Positions 19,119 through 29,560 of a DNA stretch of 64,000 nucleotides are shown here, piece by piece. Below the pieces are notes generated by a model. That model was not told where the DNA came from and did not search any database. It saw only the letters and a program-made list of their open reading frames with translations. Position 1 is the first letter of the stretch, and each line of letters opens with the position of its first letter. The translations under genes and the position numbers were made by a program. Location of the stretch: the NCBI GenBank assembly GCA_964637115.1, contig CAZWVL010000005.1, positions 31,360-95,359 of the forward strand. Direction: 5' to 3'. This stretch comes from an uncultured Methanosarcinales archaeon. GTDB lineage: Archaea; Nanobdellota; Nanobdellia; Woesearchaeales; ARS49.

Positions 19119-19628
19119 ATGGCTAGCTCAATGCTTCGTGGATTCCTGAAAGTGGTTGTTTTGAAAGCGTTAGCTGAATCTCCTAAGTCTGGCTATGCGT
19201 TGATGAAATACATTGAGAGCAAGGTCGGCTCAAAGCCAAGTCCGGGCAGTATGTATCCATTGCTTGAAGCTTTGGAAAAGGAAGAATTGGTTGAGGTCAA
19301 AGGCGTTGGTCGAACTAAAGAGTACAAATTGACTGTTGAAGGCAAGCACACTATTGAATCAATGGAAGAAAAGCGCAATGAGTGTCTGAAGAACATGCTT
19401 GAGGGCATGAAAATGATGTCTGCCTTGACTGGCGAGGACATGAGTTTTCCAATGGCGATGGTTGAGAGCATTCGCAAGGGTGAGTTTCCATTCAAGGAAG
19501 TCAATCCTGAGTGGGATAATTTGAGAAATCAGATGTTTGTGATGTGGAAAACGGGCGTTTTGAAAATTAAGGCTCCGAAAGTCCGCAAAATTCTATCAGC
19601 ATCATATAAGGAGTTGAAATCGGTATGA
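19119..19628 (+). CDS. PadR-family transcriptional regulator
   Basis: LKALAESPKSGYALMK, PSPGSMYPLLEALE and KEYKLTVEG. Confidence 0.9.
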   Translation: MASSMLRGFLKVVVLKALAESPKSGYALMKYIESKVGSKPSPGSMYPLLEALEKEELVEVKGVGRTKEYKLTVEGKHTIESMEEKRNECLKNMLEGMKMMSALTGEDMSFPMAMVESIRKGEFPFKEVNPEWDNLRNQMFVMWKTGVLKIKAPKVRKILSASYKELKSV

Positions 19629-20305
19629 AGAAGCCGATTATTGAGCTGAGGAGAGTCTGGAAGACTTATAAGATGGGTGAGAATCTTGTGCACGCTCTTC
19701 GCGGTATTGATTTGGACGTCCGGCAGGGAGAATTTTTGGCAATTCAGGGTCCGTCAGGAAGTGGCAAGTCTACTGCAATGAATCTTGTTGGCTGTCTTGA
19801 CATTCCAACTAGAGGCGAGATTTATCTTGATGGTCAGAATATTGGCAAACTGCACGAGAGTGATTTGGCTCAGATTCGCGGCAGGAAAATCGGCTTTATT
19901 TTTCAGAAGTTCAACTTGATTGAAACCCTTACTGCGTTTGAAAATGTGATGCTGCCAATGACTTTTCAGGGTATTCCTGAGAATGAGCGCAGGAAGCGGG
20001 CTGTAAAATTGCTGACTCAATTCGGCCTTGGTGAAAGAATGCACCATAAACCGAATGAGTTGTCTGGCGGTCAGCAGCAAAGAGTGGCAATTGCCCGTGC
20101 TCTTGCAGTTGATCCTGAAGTTATTCTTGCAGACGAGCCAACTGGCAACTTGGACAGCAAGACTGGTCACGAAGTTATTGATTTCCTTAAAATGATTAAC
20201 AAAAAGGATGGCAAGACGATTGTTATGGTGACGCACGAAGACTCACTTGCCAAGCATGCTGACAGGATTGTGTATTTGAAAGACGGTTTGACCGTCAGGA
20301 GGTAG
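19625..20305 (+). CDS. ABC transporter ATP-binding protein (LolD/MacB-like)
   Basis: Motifs [23 protein letters not shown] and [11 protein letters not shown]. Confidence 0.95.
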   Translation: MKKPIIELRRVWKTYKMGENLVHALRGIDLDVRQGEFLAIQGPSGSGKSTAMNLVGCLDIPTRGEIYLDGQNIGKLHESDLAQIRGRKIGFIFQKFNLIETLTAFENVMLPMTFQGIPENERRKRAVKLLTQFGLGERMHHKPNELSGGQQQRVAIARALAVDPEVILADEPTGNLDSKTGHEVIDFLKMINKKDGKTIVMVTHEDSLAKHADRIVYLKDGLTVRR

Positions 20306-20309
20306 GAAA

Positions 20310-21482
20310 ATGAGAAAAATTATTGCAATTGTACTATTATTGGCGCTCGCATTGAGCGTGCATGCTGCGAGGGCTCCTGAAATTACTGCGTCGATTTTGC
20401 GGTATACGCCTACACCTGCTGAACAGGGTAATACTGTTGATATTTGGATTTCTCTGGAAAATGCAGGCACTACTGCGAAGAATATTGTGGTGAAGTTCGT
20501 GCCTGAATACCCGTTCAACCTGCCAGAGGGGCAGAAGGGCGAGATTAATGCCGGTTCTGTTGCGCAGACTGAGAGCAAAGTTGTAAAGTTTACGGTGTTT
20601 GTTGACCAGAACGCTCCGAATGGTGATTCTAATATTAAGTTCCAGTATTCTGTTGATGGCGGGCAGTGGGCTCAGTTGGAAGCTCCTATTAGCTTGCAGA
20701 CGCAGAACGCTGTTATTGTGGTTGATGAATATGTGGTTAATCCTTCTCAGATTGTTCCTGGCCAGATTGTTGATGTTAAGCTTAAATTGCGTAATGCGGG
20801 AAGGATTGCTGTTAAGAATGTTGATGCGAGCATTGACTTGGTTGATGGCAAGTTCTCAACTATCGGCATGGGCGCGATGAAGCGTATTGATTTTATTGGC
20901 GCTGGTGAGACTGAAGAGTTAACTTTCAAGCTGGCATCTGATACTTCAACTGAAGTTAAAGTTTACAATATTCCTGTGTCGCTTTCGTATCAGGATGAGC
21001 GCAATAAAGTTTTGAGCTCAACTGCAAAGATTAGTCTTGTTGTCAATGCAAAGCCGGAACTTTCACTTACTATAGACAGCACTAAATTTGACAGCAAGAA
21101 AGTTCCTGGCACTGTTTCTTTGAAAGTCGTGAACAAGGGTGTTGTTAATTTGAAATACGTTACTGTTCGCCTTGTCCAGACTCCTGACTACGAAATCCTG
21201 AGCACGTCAAACGAAGCTTATGTTGGCAACTTGGATTCTGATGACTTTGAGACTGTTGACTTTACTGTCAAGCCTCTTGTTGCTTCTCCTCGTCTTTCAG
21301 TGCAGTTGGAGTTCAAGGATCCGTACAACGTGGACTTTAGCCAACAGTATGATTTGCCATTGCGCATTATTACTGAGAAAGAATTGGGCAAAGAAGGATT
21401 CCCGTGGGGAAAAGTTGTCGTTGTGCTGCTGATTATCGGCGGTATCGTTTACTGGTACTTCAAGAGAAAGAAGAAACGGTAA
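20310..21482 (+). CDS. COG1361-like secreted, C-terminally anchored accessory protein of the ABC operon
   Basis: Signal peptide, Ig-like repeats, YVGNLDSDDFETVDF and a C-terminal TM with basic tail. Confidence 0.8.
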   Translation: MRKIIAIVLLLALALSVHAARAPEITASILRYTPTPAEQGNTVDIWISLENAGTTAKNIVVKFVPEYPFNLPEGQKGEINAGSVAQTESKVVKFTVFVDQNAPNGDSNIKFQYSVDGGQWAQLEAPISLQTQNAVIVVDEYVVNPSQIVPGQIVDVKLKLRNAGRIAVKNVDASIDLVDGKFSTIGMGAMKRIDFIGAGETEELTFKLASDTSTEVKVYNIPVSLSYQDERNKVLSSTAKISLVVNAKPELSLTIDSTKFDSKKVPGTVSLKVVNKGVVNLKYVTVRLVQTPDYEILSTSNEAYVGNLDSDDFETVDFTVKPLVASPRLSVQLEFKDPYNVDFSQQYDLPLRIITEKELGKEGFPWGKVVVVLLIIGGIVYWYFKRKKKR

Positions 21483-21485
21483 GCA

Positions 21486-22700
21486 ATGCTAAAAGATTAT
21501 TTTTTAATTGCTTTTGGCAGTCTTCGTAAGAGATTTCTTCGCACGTCTCTTACGATGCTTGGCATTTTCATCGGCATAGCTGCAGTCGTAGCTCTTATCT
21601 CGTTAGGTCAGGGCATGCAGGCTGCTATTAACCAGCAGTTTTCTAGTATAGGTACTGACAAGATAGTTTTGCAGGGTGTGCAGGCTGGTTTTGGCCCTCC
21701 TGGACAGCTGGCTGCCGGCAAAGTGACCGAAAAAGATCTTGATTTGTTACGCAGCGTGCCTGGAGTGAAGCGTGCTGCTGGCAGATTGCTGCGTTCTGTG
21801 AATGTTGAGCTTGCCGACCATGTTGAAGTGATTTTTGGCGTGAGTATTCCAGAGGAAACAGAAGATCGCGATCTTGTTGTCGAGTCTCTTGATATTAAAG
21901 TTGCGGAAGGCAGAATGTTGAAGCCGGGAGAAAGGGGCAAACTATTGGTTGGTGAGCATTATTGGAGTGACGAACATTTTCCTAAGCCGATTGTTGTTGG
22001 GACAAAGCTTTTGTTGAATGGCAAGTCGTATGAAGTTGTTGGCTTGCTGGCGAAGGGTGCTGCGTTCGTGAATGGCGCGCTTGTGTTGAATGAAGATGAC
22101 CTTCGGGAGTTGACGAATGCGGGTGACGAGTTAAGCGCTATTGTTGCGCAAGTTGTTCCTGGAGAAGTTCCTAGTGATGTTGCGGATAGAGTGTTGCGTG
22201 CTGTTCGTCGTGACCGTCATCAGAAAGAGGGTTTTGAAGACATTACGGTTGAGACTTCTGAAGAGCTGATTGACAGCATTAATACAATTCTTGGTGTTGT
22301 GCAGGCTGTGTTTATCGGCATCGCGGCTATTTCATTGCTTGTTGGCGGCATCGGAATTATGAACACGATGTACACTTCTGTTCTTGAAAGAACTCATGAT
22401 ATTGGCATTATGAAGGCGATTGGCGCGCGTAATTCGGATATTTTGTGGATTTTTTTGCTTGAGTCTGGCTTGCTTGGTATGGCCGGCGGTGTTGTTGGAA
22501 TTGCTTTAGGTGTTGGTCTTTCCAAGCTTGTCGAGTTTGTCGGCCAGGGTTTTGCTGGCAGTTTGTTGAAGGCTTCTTTCCCGCTGTCATTGATTATTGG
22601 CGCTTTGTTGTTTTCTTTCCTTATCGGCACGATTTCAGGTGTGTTTCCTGCACGGCAAGCGTCTAAGTTGCCGCCGGTGGAGGCGTTGCGCGGTGATTGA
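21486..22700 (+). CDS. ABC transporter permease (MacB/FtsX family)
   Basis: RTSLTMLGIFIGIAAV, GGIGIMNTM and ERTHDIGIMKAIGA. Confidence 0.93.
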   Translation: MLKDYFLIAFGSLRKRFLRTSLTMLGIFIGIAAVVALISLGQGMQAAINQQFSSIGTDKIVLQGVQAGFGPPGQLAAGKVTEKDLDLLRSVPGVKRAAGRLLRSVNVELADHVEVIFGVSIPEETEDRDLVVESLDIKVAEGRMLKPGERGKLLVGEHYWSDEHFPKPIVVGTKLLLNGKSYEVVGLLAKGAAFVNGALVLNEDDLRELTNAGDELSAIVAQVVPGEVPSDVADRVLRAVRRDRHQKEGFEDITVETSEELIDSINTILGVVQAVFIGIAAISLLVGGIGIMNTMYTSVLERTHDIGIMKAIGARNSDILWIFLLESGLLGMAGGVVGIALGVGLSKLVEFVGQGFAGSLLKASFPLSLIIGALLFSFLIGTISGVFPARQASKLPPVEALRGD

Positions 22701-23904
22701 GCTCTTTAAACTGGCGATTAGGAATATCGGGAAGCGCAAGAAGCGCACTGCTTTGACTTTGCTGGGTATTTTTATTGGTATTGCCGCTGTTGTGGCTTTG
22801 GTTTCTCTTGGCCAGGGCTTGCAGGGTACTATTAATGCGCAGTTTGAGAAGATTGGTGCTGACAAAATCTTTGTGCAGGCTAAGGAGATTGGTTTTGGCG
22901 GCGAAACTGCCCCGGGTCAGCTGAAGGAGCGTGAGCTTGATATTGTTGAGGATGTGAATGGTGTGGTCGCTGTTTCCGGGCAGTTGTTCAGGGCTGTGCA
23001 GGTTGAATTTAATGATGTTCAGCGTACTTTGTTCGTGATTGGGAATCCTGAGAAGGCTGCTGAGGTGCAGTTGGCGCGCGCCGCGAATACGTGGGAGGCT
23101 GAGTCTGGCAGGTTGTTGACGCATACTGATAAGGAAAAGGCTGTTGTCGGGTATAATTTGGCGCACAAGCAGCAGTTTTTGAGGGATGTTCGTATTGGCG
23201 ATAAGCTGAAGATGGGTAACCGGACGTATGATGTGGTTGGCATTTTGGCGCGTGTTGGCGATCCTAATGCTGACAGCGGTGTTATTATTCCTGAGCTGGA
23301 ATTGCGTGATATTTCAGGTGCTCCTGATTCGTATTCCTATATTGTTGCGCAGACAGTTGCTGGCGTGAATCCTGATGATGTTGGTGAAAGGATTGAGAAG
23401 GCTATCCGCAGAGACCGTCACCAAAAAGAAGGCAAGGAAGACTTTTCTGTTCAGACTTCTACTGAACTTATTGCTTCTTTCAACGCTGTTTTCAATATTA
23501 TTCAGGTTGTGTTTGTCGGCATTGCCGCAATTTCTCTTTTAGTCGGCGGCATTGGTATCATGAATGTTATGTTTACTGCAGTTCTTGAGCGTACGCGCGA
23601 GATTGGAGTTATGAAAGCGATTGGCGCGCGTAATTCTGATGTTCTTACTTTATTCTTGATCGAGTCAGGCTTGCTCGGTGTTGCAGGCGGCATTATCGGG
23701 ATTATTTTGGGCGCTGCTATCAGCAAATCTGTCGAGTTTGGAGCAAATACTGCCTTTGGTCCTGGAACAATTACTGCAGTGTTTCCAGTCTGGCTGATTG
23801 TTGGCGCTTTAGTGTTTAGTTTTGTGATTGGCGCAGTTTCTGGCGCTTTGCCGGCGAGAAGGGCGAGCAAGTTGAGGCCGGTTGAGGCCCTTCGTTACGA
23901 GTAA
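22693..23904 (+). CDS. ABC transporter permease (MacB/FtsX family), second paralog, GTG start
   Basis: RTALTLLGIFIGIAAV and ERTREIGVMKAIGA. Confidence 0.93.
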   Translation: MIELFKLAIRNIGKRKKRTALTLLGIFIGIAAVVALVSLGQGLQGTINAQFEKIGADKIFVQAKEIGFGGETAPGQLKERELDIVEDVNGVVAVSGQLFRAVQVEFNDVQRTLFVIGNPEKAAEVQLARAANTWEAESGRLLTHTDKEKAVVGYNLAHKQQFLRDVRIGDKLKMGNRTYDVVGILARVGDPNADSGVIIPELELRDISGAPDSYSYIVAQTVAGVNPDDVGERIEKAIRRDRHQKEGKEDFSVQTSTELIASFNAVFNIIQVVFVGIAAISLLVGGIGIMNVMFTAVLERTREIGVMKAIGARNSDVLTLFLIESGLLGVAGGIIGIILGAAISKSVEFGANTAFGPGTITAVFPVWLIVGALVFSFVIGAVSGALPARRASKLRPVEALRYE

Positions 23905-23936
23905 CCTTTTTAACCCACCTCATTTTCCAATCCTTT

Positions 23937-24302
23937 ATGTACAAACCATTATGCTTGCTGTTATTATTCCTCATAGCCTGTACTACAATCCAGCAGCCAG
24001 AAGTAGTCACTCCAACTGATACGCCATCTGTTGTTGAGGAAGTTGTTGTGTCTGATTCAACTCCTAAAACAACTTCGAAAGTTTATACAGTTCCTGAAGT
24101 GCCTCCCATTGAAATGGTAGAAAATGAGTGTTCGGATATTGGCTGCCCTCTTGGCACAACTTTGATTGGTGATGCAAAAACAGACTTGTATTATGAATGT
24201 CGTTGTACGTTTGTGAAGTGGATTAAGCCAAGTGATTTGCTCTGTTTTGACTCAGAAGAAGAAGCTAAGGAAAGAGGTTATAGGGTAGCTCAGAGTTGTT
24301 AG
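23937..24302 (+). CDS. Lipoprotein with a C-terminal Ada-metal-binding-like domain
   Basis: Lipobox LIAC. Motif YYECRC…IKPSDLLCFDSEEEAKERGYR. Confidence 0.65.
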   Translation: MYKPLCLLLLFLIACTTIQQPEVVTPTDTPSVVEEVVVSDSTPKTTSKVYTVPEVPPIEMVENECSDIGCPLGTTLIGDAKTDLYYECRCTFVKWIKPSDLLCFDSEEEAKERGYRVAQSC

Positions 24303-24569
24303 ATGAATCGTTACAATGGCTGGACTAGGGTGGAGAATGGTTTGTGTTATTTGATTTCTCCGGACAACACCAAGATTGCTTACAAGAACGGAAAAATGGT
24401 TGAATTAACGTGGGTGCGCCGGATGGGTGGCGGTGTTTGCCCTAGGGAGCACGAGAGTGCTGAGGATTATGTGAGAAGAAGATTCAGTGGCAGTTTGAAG
24501 AAGAAAGATGTGAGAAATCTGGCTAGTGTTCTTGAAAATTTAGAAGAAAAATATAAGAAAAAATGTTAA
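24303..24569 (+). CDS. Hypothetical protein
   Basis: ORF directly abuts the upstream gene. Confidence 0.45.
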   Translation: MNRYNGWTRVENGLCYLISPDNTKIAYKNGKMVELTWVRRMGGGVCPREHESAEDYVRRRFSGSLKKKDVRNLASVLENLEEKYKKKC

Positions 24570-24626
24570 ATTCCATGTGTAATGTTTATAAGCTCATTTT
24601 AACTTCGAAATACAAAAGAGGCTAAA

Positions 24627-25103
24627 ATGCAAAAATTCATTTTGTTACTTCTTGTTTTGGTAGCAACGGTTGCTTTAGTTGGCCTGTTCTCTATCTCAGG
24701 CGCAGTGATGATGCCACTTCAAGATACAAACATAAGAGAATTAAGAGGAATTATAAGTGACAAAAATGGCAAGAATTTGCCTACCGGTCAGATGAGGGCC
24801 TCAGCCCCGGATGGCACAGTGATTGGTCAGGGTGAGGTAGACCAAATTAAGTACCAATTACAGCTAGCCAAAAAATGGATTGATTACCCCATTCTGAATG
24901 TCGAAGTAAATTCAGTGCGTCATTCTAGCTTTTCAGAGCGTACATATAAGGATTACAAGCCAATGGATTGGCTTAGCTGTACAGAAATCAATGTACAACA
25001 ATTATTGCAGCATGCACGTATGAGTCAAGCGTATATTGTAGTAGATTTGCAATGCGATAAACTTGAAACATTTGCACCTTTTTCGCAAAGACAAATGGAA
25101 TAA
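24627..25103 (+). CDS. Membrane-anchored exported protein, paralog of 26655 and 27040
   Basis: N-terminal TM ending SGAV. Shares APDGTVIGQG…YQLQL with its paralogs. Confidence 0.65.
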   Translation: MQKFILLLLVLVATVALVGLFSISGAVMMPLQDTNIRELRGIISDKNGKNLPTGQMRASAPDGTVIGQGEVDQIKYQLQLAKKWIDYPILNVEVNSVRHSSFSERTYKDYKPMDWLSCTEINVQQLLQHARMSQAYIVVDLQCDKLETFAPFSQRQME

Positions 25104-25147
25104 ACTTATTTCATCCTTCTAAACAGAGCTTGAATAAAAAAATAAAA

Positions 25148-26287
25148 TTAAGGCGAGTTGTAAGCTACTGCCGCTTGCGCGTCTATTCTTCCCCAGCCAA
25201 AGCTGGTGTCCTTGCCTGCTTTGCCAAGGTCTTTGGCTGTCTTAATCAAAGCTGTCTCGACTTGCGAAGCGCTGTAGCTTGGATGCGCTACTTTAATCAT
25301 GGCAACTGTTCCTGAAACTACTGGTGTTGCCATGCTTGTTCCTGAGTAGCTGGCATAATTGCTTCCAAGCACGCTTGACCAGAGACTTACTCCTGGTGCA
25401 GTTACGTCAACTGCGCCTCCTCTTCCTGAGAAGCTTGCTATCTTGTCAAGTTTGTCTACTGCGCCTACAGTTGTAGAGCTGCTGATGCAGCCTGGTATTG
25501 AGACTCCAGGATTGCCGCTATTTCCTGCCGCAACCACTACAAGCACTCCTTTGCTTCTTGCATAGTCGATTGCTGCTTTCATGTCTGGCATGACTGTGTC
25601 GCAAGTGCTTTTGTATAAGTATGGTGCTGAGCTTCCAAGCGACATGCTGATTGCATCAACGCCTGACTCGTCTCCGGTGGCGTAAATGCCGTCTGGACCG
25701 TCGATTACCCAGTAAATTGCTGCTACTGAGTCTGAGAAGTATCCGCCGCCTGCAGCGTCAAGTACTTTTGCTGAAACTATTCCTGCGTCTGGCGCGACTC
25801 CTTTTGCTTTCGAGTCTATTCCATCTGCTGTGATTATGCCTGCTACGTGGCTTCCGTGGCTGTTGTCGTCCATTGGATCATTATCGCCATTGACAAAGTC
25901 CTTGCCGCCCAAATAGCTTGAGCTGAGTTCTGGATGGTTGTAATTGTAACCGGTGTCTAGAATTGCTATTTTTCTTCCTGCACCCGTATTTCCTGCTGAT
26001 TGTACAAGGTTTGCCTTGATTTGAGTGTTTGCTCCAGAATCAACGGCGTATAAGCGGATGTCTTCCTGCAGTCCGAGTTCTGTTGCAGTGCTTTCAGTGC
26101 ATAGTAATGCAGTCATGCCGCGTGTCTCGCGTGCAATGCTGCAGCCTTGCGCAAGTGCTGCTTCAATTTCTTCTGCGCTGTGTGCAATGACTCGCTTGTC
26201 TTTGTCCTGCTTGGCAACTGCCACTGCAGAAAACACCAGAATTGAAAATATTGTTAGTAAAAAAATCCAGCTTAGTTTAGTGTTCAT
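25148..26287 (-). CDS. Secreted subtilisin-like serine protease (S8)
   Basis: Catalytic triad motifs ILDTG, SHGSHVAG and SGTSMATP, plus a signal peptide. Confidence 0.95.
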   Translation of the reverse strand: MNTKLSWIFLLTIFSILVFSAVAVAKQDKDKRVIAHSAEEIEAALAQGCSIARETRGMTALLCTESTATELGLQEDIRLYAVDSGANTQIKANLVQSAGNTGAGRKIAILDTGYNYNHPELSSSYLGGKDFVNGDNDPMDDNSHGSHVAGIITADGIDSKAKGVAPDAGIVSAKVLDAAGGGYFSDSVAAIYWVIDGPDGIYATGDESGVDAISMSLGSSAPYLYKSTCDTVMPDMKAAIDYARSKGVLVVVAAGNSGNPGVSIPGCISSSTTVGAVDKLDKIASFSGRGGAVDVTAPGVSLWSSVLGSNYASYSGTSMATPVVSGTVAMIKVAHPSYSASQVETALIKTAKDLGKAGKDTSFGWGRIDAQAAVAYNSP

Positions 26288-26346
26288 AGTAATCCTCCTT
26301 CTGAATTAAAAAGTCTGTGTTCGCTATTTAAAGGTTGTGTCTGACA

Positions 26347-26562
26347 TTACTTCATGCGCCGTACTTCTTTCCAGAGCTTGATAACCCATAGCCAGACCAG
26401 TAGTATCAGGCCGATGGAGAATATTAGCCATAATATTCCGTGCAGTGCTGAGCCGCCGTACATGCCGTCCATCATGCCTGCTCGTCCCGCTCTGCCCCAG
26501 TCTCCTGTTGGCTGCGCAACAACAGATGCTGCTGCCAGAATTGCTGCCAATAATGCTTTCAT
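26347..26562 (-). CDS. Small membrane protein with a G/M-rich segment
   Basis: GAGGTG SD. Signal peptide, GMMDGMYGG and a TM helix. Confidence 0.6.
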   Translation of the reverse strand: MKALLAAILAAASVVAQPTGDWGRAGRAGMMDGMYGGSALHGILWLIFSIGLILLVWLWVIKLWKEVRRMK

Positions 26563-26654
26563 AAATATCACCTCTTTAGTATAATATCTCTTCAAAGTTT
26601 AAAACCTTAACCTTTTTAAACAGTGAAAGTATCTCAAAGTGAAAAGAGGCTTAA

Positions 26655-27032
26655 ATGGAAAAAATTGGAGTGGCATTGTTGGTTCTTATTGCGGTTGTTG
26701 CATTTATCGGTTTGGTAAACCTTGACACGAGCACTGGCCAGGTCTATTATACTTCTTACCAGTACAAGACTCAGATAGTTACTGGCAACATTCTGAACGC
26801 GCCAGCTGGCGAATACGTTTTAGGCGTTGCTGATGGAGTTCAGGTTGGTATTGGCGAGATTGCTAATGGCCAATATCAGATGACTGTTTCTGGATCTTGG
26901 AGAGAGCATTTGGGCATTGATGTTATGATTAACGGCCAGACTTATTGCGCAACTATTCCTGTTGCGAGACTTCTTGACCCGAGTCAGATTATGTATGATG
27001 GCAGGGTTGCCTTAAGCATTGAGTGCGTGTAA
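26655..27032 (+). CDS. Membrane-anchored exported protein (paralog family)
   Basis: TM plus STGQV, and ADGVQVGIGEIANGQYQMTV. Confidence 0.65.
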   Translation: MEKIGVALLVLIAVVAFIGLVNLDTSTGQVYYTSYQYKTQIVTGNILNAPAGEYVLGVADGVQVGIGEIANGQYQMTVSGSWREHLGIDVMINGQTYCATIPVARLLDPSQIMYDGRVALSIECV

Positions 27033-27039
27033 AACAAGT

Positions 27040-27525
27040 ATGAAGCATGCTATTGCGTTGGCATTGTTGGGATTGATTGCAGCAGTCGCTCTGGTTGGCT
27101 TGATTAATCTGGATTCGAAGACTGGTATGCAGTTTATTATCAGGGGAGATGTTGTGTTGAATGGCGGCATTTACGATCAGGATGGTTATGTTCTCTTTAC
27201 TAAGCACCAGACGAGGTATCAAAAATTATACAATTCTATTGTTGCTGTTGCGCCGGATGGCAGGATTGTTGGCACTGGTCCTTTAAGTCCTGGACAGTAT
27301 CAGCTGACGCTGTATGGTGATTGGAGAAATTATGACACTTTATATCTTCAGATTGGATTTTATGATGCTGTAAGGCCTGAAAGAAACACTTTGTATGACT
27401 GCGCTCCTTTGAACACAGAGGAACTTCAGGGCAGGGCTGGAAGGAGGAGCAGTGTGAGAATTCCGATGGACTTGTACTGTAATGCGGAAACTTTGCAGAA
27501 AGCGTCGACGTTAAGGTATCGTTAA
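27040..27525 (+). CDS. Membrane-anchored exported protein (paralog family)
   Basis: TM plus KTGMQ, and APDGRIVGTGPLSPGQYQLTL. Confidence 0.65.
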   Translation: MKHAIALALLGLIAAVALVGLINLDSKTGMQFIIRGDVVLNGGIYDQDGYVLFTKHQTRYQKLYNSIVAVAPDGRIVGTGPLSPGQYQLTLYGDWRNYDTLYLQIGFYDAVRPERNTLYDCAPLNTEELQGRAGRRSSVRIPMDLYCNAETLQKASTLRYR

Positions 27526-28301
27526 AGGCTTTTTTTGGCTTTTTCCTGTTTTTGTTTTTCGTGTTCTTCTGTCATGGAATTGTAGAGAGAGCGTATTGTT
27601 TCTTGTTGTTCTTGCAGTTTTTTGTTCTTTAATGGCTTGTCGGAATCAATGAGCTCGATTGCGGTGCTTAATGCTCGGTATGCTTCATCTTTTTTTTCTT
27701 TGTCTTGTTTTAGGAAACTGAGCATGCTCAGTGTTTTATAATGGTAAACGTGCGCGTCTGGTTCTTCTTTGTTTGATTCAACGTATTTTTTGATGTCTTT
27801 AAGGGCTGCCTCGATTCCTTCAATTATGAACGTGTTGTTTTCAGTTGAGAATGCCATGTATGAATTGTAGCGCGCAAGTCTGGTTTTTGGATCGTCATTT
27901 ATTTCAATGGATTTTGTGAATGCACCTATTGCCATGGCATGCCAGCCCTGTTGCTGGCAGAGAATTCCTTTTGCGTAAAGTCCTTCTTTCGGATTTTTCT
28001 CGATTGACTTGTCTGCAAGTTCAAATGCTTTGAGCATCTGTCCAAGTTGCGAATGGCAGTATATTTGTTTTAGAATGCTGTCTGTTGGTTTGCTTTTTTC
28101 TGCTTGTTGGAATAAGTGCAGGGCTTCTTTGAGCAGATCATATCTTTCCAGTTCATTTGTTTCCTGTTCAGCTCTTTGTTCAAGTTCAAGGCCGTGGCTG
28201 TAGTGGTCTATTTTTTGTTCGAGTTTTGTTTCAGTGTTTTCTTTCGTCGCACAGCTGCCTAATAGAAGTGCTGCTGCCAGCCCCCACTCACGTAAGCCCA
28301 T
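27522..28301 (-). CDS. TPR-like lipoprotein
   Basis: Lipobox LGSC and TPR-like helices (AMAIGAFTKSIEIND). Confidence 0.7.
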   Translation of the reverse strand: MGLREWGLAAALLLGSCATKENTETKLEQKIDHYSHGLELEQRAEQETNELERYDLLKEALHLFQQAEKSKPTDSILKQIYCHSQLGQMLKAFELADKSIEKNPKEGLYAKGILCQQQGWHAMAIGAFTKSIEINDDPKTRLARYNSYMAFSTENNTFIIEGIEAALKDIKKYVESNKEEPDAHVYHYKTLSMLSFLKQDKEKKDEAYRALSTAIELIDSDKPLKNKKLQEQQETIRSLYNSMTEEHEKQKQEKAKKSL

Positions 28302-28346
28302 TTATAAGACGAGAAATCAGAGATTTATAAGGGTTGCGACATATTT

Positions 28347-29489
28347 TTAGACGAATGCGAGAACTACGTTTGTTATCAATACTGCCAGTATTGCAAAGCT
28401 GACTGATTTCCAGATGGTGCTTGCGTGTTTGTGGTGCAGCCTGCCCTGCAGTGCTGTCAGGAACATTCTGCCGCCGTCAACCGGGCCTAATGGAATCAAA
28501 TTGAACAATCCTACTCCTAGTGAAAGTAAGTACATCCAGAAGATTAGGTCTTTGAACCATAGAACAACGTGCGTGGCCCAGGTTGGCGCTTTCAATGGCT
28601 GGTCTATGAATACTCCTAGCCAGGCTCTTTTGTTGGTTGGATTCTCTCCCAGAGTTATGTCTCTGACAGCATTGGACGTGACTACACTTATAGTGTCTCC
28701 TGGTGAAGAATCTTTCAAAGCATTGCTGAAGTCTGCTGTCTCTCTGATTGCCTGGCCGTTTATCTCGGTTATTTTATCGCCTATTATCATTCCTGCTTGT
28801 TGTGCTGGCGGGTTTCCGTCCATTAAGTCTGTTACAACAACGCCGTCCTTTGAGTAGAAGGTATTGGTGAAAGGTGTAATGATTGTGAACATCAATAACA
28901 TTAGCAATAATCCTGTTACGATGTTTGCTACTGGGCCTGCTGCGTAGACTGCCAGTTGTTTTTTGCGCGATGCTTGCATTAATTTTTTTTCGTCTGGCTC
29001 TACAAACGCTCCTGGAATCAATGGAATTAGTGCGCCAAGGACAACTAGTCCTGAATTCTTGACCTTTAATCCATAAACGCGTGCCATGACGCCGTGCATT
29101 CCTTCGTGTATTATTAGTATGGCAAAAATGCTGATTATCCAGTAGAAAAAGGGCACGTAGAATACTCCTTTTGCTTTGAATGGCAGAACTACTCCAACAG
29201 TCGGCGTTGCAGTGCCGATTAGGATTTGTATGAGAGAGCGTGCGAGGTCAAATGTTACCAATGCCATTCCGATAAATCCTAAGCCGATTATCCAGGGTGT
29301 TGCGATTTCCCAGAAGCGTTTGTATTTTCTGGCAAGCCTGTCCATTGTGATTATGCCTGCCTGTGTTCTGTACATTGCTGCGTAGAATATGCCCCATCTG
29401 TGGAATGAAAGCTTGTGCCTGTTAACATACACGATTAGCGCAAGAACAATGACAAGGGAAATTGTTGCTGCTGTGTCCACAGAAACCAT
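28347..29489 (-). CDS. Site-2 protease (M50) with PDZ domain
   Basis: Motifs IIHEGMHG, GAFVEP, AAGPVANI, PAQQAGM (PDZ) and NLIPLGPVDGG. Confidence 0.93.
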   Translation of the reverse strand: MVSVDTAATISLVIVLALIVYVNRHKLSFHRWGIFYAAMYRTQAGIITMDRLARKYKRFWEIATPWIIGLGFIGMALVTFDLARSLIQILIGTATPTVGVVLPFKAKGVFYVPFFYWIISIFAILIIHEGMHGVMARVYGLKVKNSGLVVLGALIPLIPGAFVEPDEKKLMQASRKKQLAVYAAGPVANIVTGLLLMLLMFTIITPFTNTFYSKDGVVVTDLMDGNPPAQQAGMIIGDKITEINGQAIRETADFSNALKDSSPGDTISVVTSNAVRDITLGENPTNKRAWLGVFIDQPLKAPTWATHVVLWFKDLIFWMYLLSLGVGLFNLIPLGPVDGGRMFLTALQGRLHHKHASTIWKSVSFAILAVLITNVVLAFV

Positions 29490-29560
29490 GGTTTTTGCAT
29501 TGTCAATGGCTATATAATAAATGTTTGTTTTGGTTAGCCTGTTGACTTAGCTGAATAAGC

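Noticed and set aside
28347-29489. Site-2 protease as part of the tag-array system
   Set aside because: It is a common housekeeping gene separated by an intergenic gap with its own TATA-like element. Adjacency alone is insufficient.
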